Origin: Magnetococcus sp. DMHC-8
GTDB taxonomy: Bacteria; Pseudomonadota; Magnetococcia; Magnetococcales; Magnetaquicoccaceae
Direction of reading: 5' to 3'
Assembly (NCBI GenBank): GCA_039908555.1
Contig: JAMOAX010000006.1
Span: forward strand, 19,598 to 43,597
DNA length: 24,000 bases
Part shown: positions 16,618 to 21,951 of the stretch, in pieces
Layout: each line of letters opens with the position of its first letter
How positions within the stretch are numbered: the stretch's first letter is position 1
Program-made: the position numbers and the translations under genes
The notes under the pieces: model-generated
The model's database searches: none
What the model was told of the DNA's origin: nothing
The model's input: only the letters and a program-made list of their open reading frames with translations

Positions 16618-17004
16618 TCATGCTTCGAGGCAGGCGGTCCCGCCGGGACTGCCCCCGGGGCATCGCCCGGGTCGCCCCGGCATGCTCAGCAATCGTTCCC
16701 GGTCGCCTGCGTAAATTTCGGACCCTTCCAGACCCTGGGCCATGGCCTGGATCATGCTCACGGCCCAGGGCGGCAACGCCGGGTGGAGACTGTAATACAC
16801 CCACTGCCCGGCCCGTCGGTCTTGCGCGACATGGTGTTCGCGCAGCATTCCCAGATGACGGGAAATTTTCGGCTGCGCCTCGCCCAGGGCGTAACCAAAC
16901 TCGCAAACACACAACTCTTTTTCTGCCACCAGCAGCATGACGCATCGCAGTCGGGTTTCGTCCACCAGGGATTTCATGAGGATTTCGGGAGTCAACATAC
17001 GCAT
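16618..17004 (-). CDS. arsR: ArsR/SmtB-family metalloregulator (arsenic-responsive repressor)
   Basis: It has a winged-helix core, LVDETRLRCVMLLVAEKELCVCEFGYALGEAQPKISRHLGMLREHHVAQDRRAGQWVYYSL, with the ELCVCE metalloid-site motif. It is the first gene of the ars operon. Start is ATG 17004 or 16998; the ORF-track start at 17055 would lie upstream of the predicted transcription start. Confidence 0.88.
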   Translation of the reverse strand: MRMLTPEILMKSLVDETRLRCVMLLVAEKELCVCEFGYALGEAQPKISRHLGMLREHHVAQDRRAGQWVYYSLHPALPPWAVSMIQAMAQGLEGSEIYAGDRERLLSMPGRPGRCPGGSPGGTACLEA

Positions 17005-17066
17005 CCTGTGTTCGAGTCGTGAGAAACTATATGCACCGATGCCAGAGGGTTGCATCTGTTATGATG

Positions 17067-17095
17067 AATATACGATAACGCAGATATACTGTCAA
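17067..17095 (-). promoter_or_regulatory. Sigma70-type promoter of the ars operon with candidate ArsR operator repeats
   Basis: The minus strand reads TTGACA (17095-17090), a 17-nt spacer, then TATATT (17072-17067). It sits in an AT-rich patch 60-90 nt upstream of the arsR start. An 8-mer direct repeat (ATATCTGC on the minus strand; plus-strand GCAGATAT at 17080-17087 and 17096-17103) brackets the -35, with an inverted ATCTG at 17054-17058. Confidence 0.7.
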
Positions 17096-17146
17096 GCAGA
17101 TATTTGAAGATGTTTGCGTCACAAGCCCTGGCAGCCATGGAACAGG

Positions 17147-17180
17147 CCGTCAGACGGGATCCTGACAGGGTTTTTTCGTT
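17147..17180 (+). terminator. Orphan plus-strand terminator-like hairpin
   Basis: CCGTCAG-acgggatc-CTGACAGG (7 bp with one bulged A) followed by G-TTTTTT-CG-TTTT. No plus-strand gene lies upstream of it. Confidence 0.35.
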
Positions 17181-17225
17181 TTACAGCACGTAGTTCCGTC
17201 TGGTAGAGTAAACCGGCATGGCGGG

Positions 17226-17289
17226 AAACCGGCTTCGACCGTTTTCCGACAATCAACAGCAACACAAAACCCCAGGGTGCGACCTGGAC
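17226..17289 (+). repeat. Dispersed intergenic repeat, copy 2 (partner at 10176-10240)
   Basis: aaaccggcttcgaccgttttccgacaatcaacagcaacacaaaaccccagggtgcgacctggac. It contains its own hairpins (GGAAACCGG-cttcga-CCGTTTTCC and CCAGG-gtgcga-CCTGG) and ends 60 nt before the kdpE ATG. Confidence 0.75.
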
Positions 17290-17348
17290 ACACAACCACC
17301 AACAGCCACGCATCTCCAATCACCAGCGCTCACCCGGGAGATCCCGCA

Positions 17349-18056
17349 ATGAACAACCCTGGCACCCCCGTTCTGCTGGTGGAAGATGAACTGCAGATGC
17401 GGCGTTTCCTGCGTACCGCCCTGACCGCCCGGGCATTTCAGGTGACGGAGGCGATCAGTCTGCAGGAAGCCCGTCTGGCGATCACCTCCCACCCCACCGA
17501 GCTCGTGCTGTTGGATTTGGGGTTGCCTGATGGTGATGGTATTGATTTCACGCGAGAAGTAAGAGAATGGAGCCATATTCCGATCATCATTATTTCTGCC
17601 CGTGGTCAGGAGGATGACCGGGTGGCCGCCTTGGACGCAGGAGCAGATGACTATCTGACCAAGCCGTTCGGGGTCCACGAACTGATGGCCCGTATCCGGG
17701 TCGCCTTGCGTCACGCCCATCTGCTCAAGACCAGTACGTATCCGGAGACGGCACTGGAGGTTGGCCCGCTGCGTTTGAATCCCATGCGCCAGGAGGTCCG
17801 CATGAACGGGCAGCCTCTGGTGCTGACGCCCATTGAATACCGTCTGCTCTATTACCTGGCCAGCAATGCCGGTCGCGTGCTGACCCATCGGCAGATTTTG
17901 CAAGAGGTGTGGGGCCCAAACCATGCGGAACGTACCCATACCCTGCGGGTCTTCATGGCCCAGTTGCGTCGCAAACTGGAGTTGGACCCTTCCCACCCAC
18001 AACTGCTCATGACGGAAATGGGCGTCGGTTACCGCATGCGGGACTCCCGGAATTAA
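17349..18056 (+). CDS. kdpE: KdpE-type OmpR-family response regulator
   Basis: ATG 17349 is preceded by GGGAGA. The 235-aa product closely parallels E. coli KdpE along its full length: VLLVEDELQMRRFLRTAL, LLDLGLPDGDGIDF, ISARGQEDDRVAALDAGADDYLTKPFG, LTPIEYRLL, WGPN...H.LRV.M..LRRKLE.DP. Confidence 0.9.
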   Translation: MNNPGTPVLLVEDELQMRRFLRTALTARAFQVTEAISLQEARLAITSHPTELVLLDLGLPDGDGIDFTREVREWSHIPIIIISARGQEDDRVAALDAGADDYLTKPFGVHELMARIRVALRHAHLLKTSTYPETALEVGPLRLNPMRQEVRMNGQPLVLTPIEYRLLYYLASNAGRVLTHRQILQEVWGPNHAERTHTLRVFMAQLRRKLELDPSHPQLLMTEMGVGYRMRDSRN

Positions 18057-18091
18057 AAGAGGCAGGCGGTCTTGCCCTCCATCTGACGGCA

Positions 18092-18110
18092 ACCGGGCAT
18101 TGATTGCCCG
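18092..18110 (+). terminator. Hairpin downstream of kdpE (possible terminator, no U-tract)
   Basis: CCGGGCA-ttgat-TGCCCGG: a 7-bp perfect stem 36 nt after the kdpE stop, followed by cacttccc rather than a T-run. Confidence 0.3.
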
Positions 18111-18184
18111 GCACTTCCCACACCACCCGGGACAGTCAAGATTGATCGGAGATCCGATCCCGGTCCGGCTTGGCGCGCATCCTG

Positions 18185-18300
18185 TTATAAAAATTTCTTG
18201 ACATCGATGTAATTGTCTGCAAGACTATCAAGCATAGTTGATCGAATATCAAACAGATGAAACATTATAATATATACGTATGTCATGATATCCGTGCGTG
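18185..18300 (+). promoter_or_regulatory. AT-rich island with sigma70-like promoter elements and short perfect palindromes
   Basis: This is a sharp AT-rich patch in a GC-rich background. TTGACA (18198-18203) is followed by 17 nt and then tgcAAGACT (a weak -10 with a TGn extension). A consensus TATAAT sits at 18266-18271 without a good -35. Palindromes: ACATCGATGT (18201-18210) overlapping the -35, and ATACGTAT (18274-18281). Repeats TATCAAGCA / TATCAAACA are also present. It lies upstream of the SD-led ORF at 18428 and of trkA. Confidence 0.45.
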
Positions 18301-18427
18301 ATAGGGCGGCCCGTCCTGGCCAACCCCGTGTCTTGCCGGCGCGGAGATGGCCGTTGTTGATCGGGTTGGGGTGCGGTGTTCCGGCCTGCCCGGAACAGGG
18401 ATCATTTCGGTTCAAGGAGTCACACGT

Positions 18428-18843
18428 ATGAGTACTCTGCACTGTGTTGTCGAGCGTACCGCCGGTCTGGCAACGTTGACCGGTGACCGGCTGCACGAGG
18501 CTGTTCCGCCCGTGCGCCAGGCGACGGACCAGGGCATCGGGGCAGCGCCCCCCGTGTTCCCGGTAGTGGCCGTCGGTACGTCCCATTGGGGGGAGGTCTT
18601 ATCGGAATTGATGCAGTGTCTGTCCCGTGACAAAAATTAAGTCGCCGTTGCTGAGTGGGCCGTATTGATCGGTGTGGCCGTGCCGATGGACGCACGGCCA
18701 CACGCGATGCCCGCCTGCCTGTTGCTGCGGAAAACGGTCCGTTCCGGGGGCGCACCGGTTGTTGAATACGCATCAGGCCGCTGATTGGAACGGCAACTGT
18801 ACCGTTGCCTGTACATGAACCCTGTCGATTCTGGAAAGACCCC
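18428..18843 (+). pseudogene. Decayed 5' portion of a CheB-type (protein-glutamate methylesterase domain) gene; the first 70 codons are still an intact SD-led ORF
   Basis: AAGGAG lies 8 nt upstream of ATG 18428. The ORF MSTLHCVVER...APPVFPVVAVGTSHWGEVLSELMQCLSRDKN* resembles the start of CheB catalytic domains (hhAhGaStGG..al..hl..L). Reading through the in-frame TAA (18638) gives AVLIGVAVPMDARPHAMPACLLLRKTVRSGGAPVVEYASGR*. That parallels CheB [23 protein letters not shown]...VKEAEDGE, with the catalytic His replaced. A further frame shift gives TVPLPVHE (compare RVLPGHA) running into the trkA start. Confidence 0.35.
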
Positions 18844-20193
18844 ATGGAAATCATCATTGTGGGTGCCGGCGTGGTCGGCATCTCCCTGGCCCGGTATCTG
18901 TCCGGAGAAGGGCACAACGTCGTGGTCGTGGACAACAATGCTGCGGTCATCAGGCAATTGCAGGAGAGCATGGACCTGCAAGCCCTGCACGGTGACACGA
19001 CCGACGGCGCCTTTTTGCGGGGCGTCGGGTTGGAAAGGGCTGGTCTGGTCCTGGCCGTTACCAACTCCGACGAAACCAACATTATCATCACCCTGGTGGC
19101 GCAAGCCATCAATCCGTCTGCCCGCATCATCGCCCGGGTCTGCAAGAAACAGTTTTTGGACAATCCAGCCATTACAGAAACCAACAAGATCGGAGGGGTC
19201 ACCTTTTTCAGTCCGGACCACGCGGCTGTCGAAATGGTTCAGGATCTTCTGCTGGTCGATCAGTCGTTTGAGGTGGTACCCTTCGAGCATGGCGCAATCA
19301 GTGTAGCCGGCTTTCGGTTGGGTGCGGACAGTGTACTCGTTGGCCGACCCCTGCACACCATTCGGGAACTGGCCGATCTGGGTGTGTTGATCGTTGCATT
19401 GGATCGGGGTGGTCAGGTCAACATTCCCAACGGTCAGACCGTCCTGAATGCCGCAGACCGGGTCTATGTCAGCACGGGCAGCAAGACCGAGTTGTCAAAA
19501 ATTATTGCCCTGTTGGGCATGCCCACTGTGGAACACCGCAAGATTGTCATCGCCGGCGGTGGATGGAAGGGAGGCCAGATTGCCACCCGACTGGAACAAG
19601 GCAGAGTGCCCGTGTTGCTGCTGGAACGCTCTTTGGATCGGTGTCAGGAGCTGGCCGCTGCCCTGGACAACGTCACGGTATTGCACTGTGACGCCACCGA
19701 TCCCGGGACAATACGAAAAGTATCCCAGGGAACCTCCACCTTTATCGCCATGACTGGCCAGCAGGAGGTCAATCTGGTGCTGTGTTTGCTGGCACGTCAA
19801 TACGGTGCCTTGCGGACCATCGCCATGATGGACAACGAGGCCTATGTCGTCATGGCGCACTCTCTGGGGATCGATGCTGTGGTCAGCCCCAAGCAGGCCT
19901 CGGTGGGCAAGGTCCTGCGTTTTCTCAGTACAGGGAAAGTGCTGGACTCCGCCACTATGCTGCACGGCAGGCTGGATGCCCTGCTCGTGGAGATCCAGGC
20001 CAATTCCCGCATGGTCGGCAAACCACTCAGGGAGATCGGCCTGCCCAGAACGTTGATTGTCGCGGCGGCCATCAAACAGGGCCAGATTCTGATCCCAACC
20101 GGCAGCATGACCCTGCAGCCTGGCGATCTCGTGTTGCTCATCACCTTTCCTGGTTACTTTCAACGTGTTGACGAGTTTTTGAGTGGCCGATGA
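18844..20193 (+). CDS. trkA: Trk system potassium uptake protein TrkA (double RCK/NAD-binding)
   Basis: An internal ATG at 18844 gives MEIIIVGAGVVGISLARYLSGEGHNVVVVDNN (first Rossmann GxGxxG). The second half begins KIVIAGGGWKGGQIATRL. Two RCK_C-like segments are present. 449 aa, as expected for TrkA. Confidence 0.92.
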   Translation: MEIIIVGAGVVGISLARYLSGEGHNVVVVDNNAAVIRQLQESMDLQALHGDTTDGAFLRGVGLERAGLVLAVTNSDETNIIITLVAQAINPSARIIARVCKKQFLDNPAITETNKIGGVTFFSPDHAAVEMVQDLLLVDQSFEVVPFEHGAISVAGFRLGADSVLVGRPLHTIRELADLGVLIVALDRGGQVNIPNGQTVLNAADRVYVSTGSKTELSKIIALLGMPTVEHRKIVIAGGGWKGGQIATRLEQGRVPVLLLERSLDRCQELAAALDNVTVLHCDATDPGTIRKVSQGTSTFIAMTGQQEVNLVLCLLARQYGALRTIAMMDNEAYVVMAHSLGIDAVVSPKQASVGKVLRFLSTGKVLDSATMLHGRLDALLVEIQANSRMVGKPLREIGLPRTLIVAAAIKQGQILIPTGSMTLQPGDLVLLITFPGYFQRVDEFLSGR

Positions 20194-21626
20194 ACCCGAT
20201 TCTTGACCTGCGCATTCTGGGGCTGCTGATCCTCCTGGTGACCGTTTTTCAATTTTTCCCGGTATTGCTTGCCCTCGGACTGGGCGAAGACCCCGCACCC
20301 CTGCTCCAATCCATCCTGGTTGCCTTGTCTGTCTGCGGACCGGTGTTGTGGTGGACCCGCCAGGCCAATCCGGACATGGAACCCAGAGACGGCTTCCTGG
20401 TCACCAGTCTCGGCTGGTTTCTGGCCGCCTTTTTTGGCGGCCTGCCCTACGTTTTCCATGGTGGAATGGATTGGCCGTCGGCCTTTTTCGAGGCTGCCTC
20501 CGGGTTTACCACAACGGGTTCCTCGGCCATGACGGATATCGAGGTGTGGCCGCAAAGCATTCTGCTGTGGCGCAGCATCACCCACTGGTTGGGAGGCATG
20601 GGCATGCTGCTGATGGCCATTGCCGTTTTACCCTTTCTGGGTGTGGGGGGAACCCAGCTGATGAAGGCCGAAGTGCCAGGTCCCACCAAGGATCGTATCA
20701 CCCCCCGTCTGGTCTCCACCGCACGCGCCCTGTGGGGAATCTACTGCCTGATCAGCGTGGTGGGCATCGTTGGGTTTGTTCTGTGCGGCATGACCTGGCT
20801 GGAGGGGGTCAATCATTCCTTCGCAGCGGTGGCAACCGGCGGTTTTTCCACCAAGAACGCCAGCCTCTCCTTCTATTCTCCCGCCGCCCAGTGGTGGGCC
20901 ATTGTGATCATGATGGCCGGGGGTGCCAATTTCTTGATCCACTACCGGTTCATCGTCCTGCGGGATTGGCGGGCCTTCACGTATGAGGAGTTTATTGGTT
21001 ATCTGACGATCATTCTGTTCTTCACCCTGTTCATCGTCGCCGTGCTGTGGCGTTGGAGCGACTGGAATCCGGCAGAGATTATCCGTCATGCCCTGTTTCA
21101 GGTGGTCAGTATCATGACGACGACCGGTTTTGCCAGCACGGACTGGGAACAGTGGCCCGCCATTCTGCAGTTGCTGCTTGGCTTGACCATGATCATCGGC
21201 GGCATGTCCGGTTCCACTGGGGGTGGTATCAAGGTGATGCGGGTGATCGTACTCCTGAAAACCATCCCCAGTGTCACAGCCCGCCTGTTGCAACCCAATC
21301 GGGTGATCGTGCAAAAGATGGATCGTCAGCCCATCCCCAGAGAAATTCTGGAAAATGCGGTGGCACTGTTCATCCTGGCCCTGGGCTATGTCCTGTTCGG
21401 TGGCATGCTCCTGAATGCCATGGGGATGGATCTGCTCTCCTCCATGGGGGCCTCCCTCACAGCCTGGGCCAATGTCGGACCTGGGTTCAATACCGTCGGC
21501 GCCATGGACAATTTTGCACATGTCCCGGATTTTGGCAAAATCATTCTGGCTTCCCTGATGATTGTGGGCAGACTGGAGATATTTACCATTCTGATGCTGT
21601 TTTCGTACCGATTCTGGCGGGAGTGA
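20190..21626 (+). CDS. trkH: Trk-type potassium transporter membrane subunit TrkH
   Basis: 478-aa polytopic protein. The start overlaps the trkA stop (ATGA). It has selectivity-filter-type motifs (SGFTTTGSS, VATGGFST, MTTTGFAS, GSTGGGIKV) characteristic of TrkH/KtrB. Confidence 0.93.
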   Translation: MNPILDLRILGLLILLVTVFQFFPVLLALGLGEDPAPLLQSILVALSVCGPVLWWTRQANPDMEPRDGFLVTSLGWFLAAFFGGLPYVFHGGMDWPSAFFEAASGFTTTGSSAMTDIEVWPQSILLWRSITHWLGGMGMLLMAIAVLPFLGVGGTQLMKAEVPGPTKDRITPRLVSTARALWGIYCLISVVGIVGFVLCGMTWLEGVNHSFAAVATGGFSTKNASLSFYSPAAQWWAIVIMMAGGANFLIHYRFIVLRDWRAFTYEEFIGYLTIILFFTLFIVAVLWRWSDWNPAEIIRHALFQVVSIMTTTGFASTDWEQWPAILQLLLGLTMIIGGMSGSTGGGIKVMRVIVLLKTIPSVTARLLQPNRVIVQKMDRQPIPREILENAVALFILALGYVLFGGMLLNAMGMDLLSSMGASLTAWANVGPGFNTVGAMDNFAHVPDFGKIILASLMIVGRLEIFTILMLFSYRFWRE

Positions 21627-21696
21627 CCGGAAAACACTTGGCGCCGGACAGCCAGAGCGTCTCCCAAGACGACAACATTACTATACCGGGAGAACA

Positions 21697-21783
21697 ATGG
21701 AAAATATTGCTTATGTTGCGATCACTTTTTGTGTTGCCGTGATCACCTGGTGGGTTTTTGAGTTTTTGAACAAGAAAAAATAG
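21697..21783 (+). CDS. 28-aa hydrophobic single-pass peptide (MENIAYVAITFCVAVITWWVFEFLNKKK), function unknown
   Basis: Too short for the ORF track. GGGAG lies 4-5 nt upstream of ATG 21697, with TAG at 21781-21783. It is one predicted TM helix with a C-terminal KKK (positive-inside). It sits in an AT-richer patch 70 nt after trkH. Confidence 0.4.
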   Translation: MENIAYVAITFCVAVITWWVFEFLNKKK

Positions 21784-21830
21784 GGCAGAACCCTTCCCGA
21801 CTCAGGACAGGAAGAGTGTGCCATGTGTGA

Positions 21831-21917
21831 TCACGCGTGCGTGCAAGCGGTTTCACCGGGACTCTCCCCGAGGCATCGCCGGGATCGCCCCGCCATGCGC
21901 AGCAATCGTCCCTGGTC
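21831..21917 (-). pseudogene. 3'-terminal fragment (last 28 codons plus stop) of an arsR-like gene, paralogous to arsR 16618-16704
   Basis: A codon-for-codon alignment from the stop codon gives 68 of 87 nt identical by hand count. The encoded DQGRLLRMAGRSRRCLGESPGETACTHA* compares with the ArsR tail DRERLLSMPGRPGRCPGGSPGGTACLEA*. Similarity stops abruptly at 21918. No helix-turn-helix part is present, and an upstream in-frame stop lies at 21990-21992. Confidence 0.7.
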
Positions 21918-21951
21918 ATGGTGCGTCAACCCGGTGTGCTGGTGTGACGAG

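Noticed and set aside
17119-17319. 66-aa minus-strand ORF between the ars promoter and kdpE. Similarly, the 88-aa ORF 10039..10305 + lies across the pqiB-pqiC spacer.
   Set aside because: Both run straight through the hairpin/repeat elements and terminator-like structures and have no RBS. The similarity of their translations simply reflects the shared DNA repeat.
18144-18159. 7-2-7 inverted repeat GATCGGA-ga-TCCGATC downstream of kdpE, as a regulator operator.
   Set aside because: It is real in the sequence, but it is isolated, GC-neutral and about 40 nt upstream of the AT-rich promoter island, with no second copy or known motif match. That is not enough to assign a function.
18057-18843. 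Riboswitch (for example a c-di-AMP ydaO-type, which is known to control K+ transporters) in the long region upstream of trkA.
   Set aside because: I could not recognise the conserved cores or pseudo-symmetric architecture of that class by eye. The region is better explained by a promoter island plus a decayed CheB-like coding remnant. An Rfam/Infernal scan would be needed to revisit this.
18420-19356. Minus-strand ORFs 18420..19202 (260 aa) and 18637..19356 (239 aa).
   Set aside because: They are antisense to the well-supported trkA gene and the upstream remnant. Their composition is Arg/Pro/Ser-rich, with no motifs.
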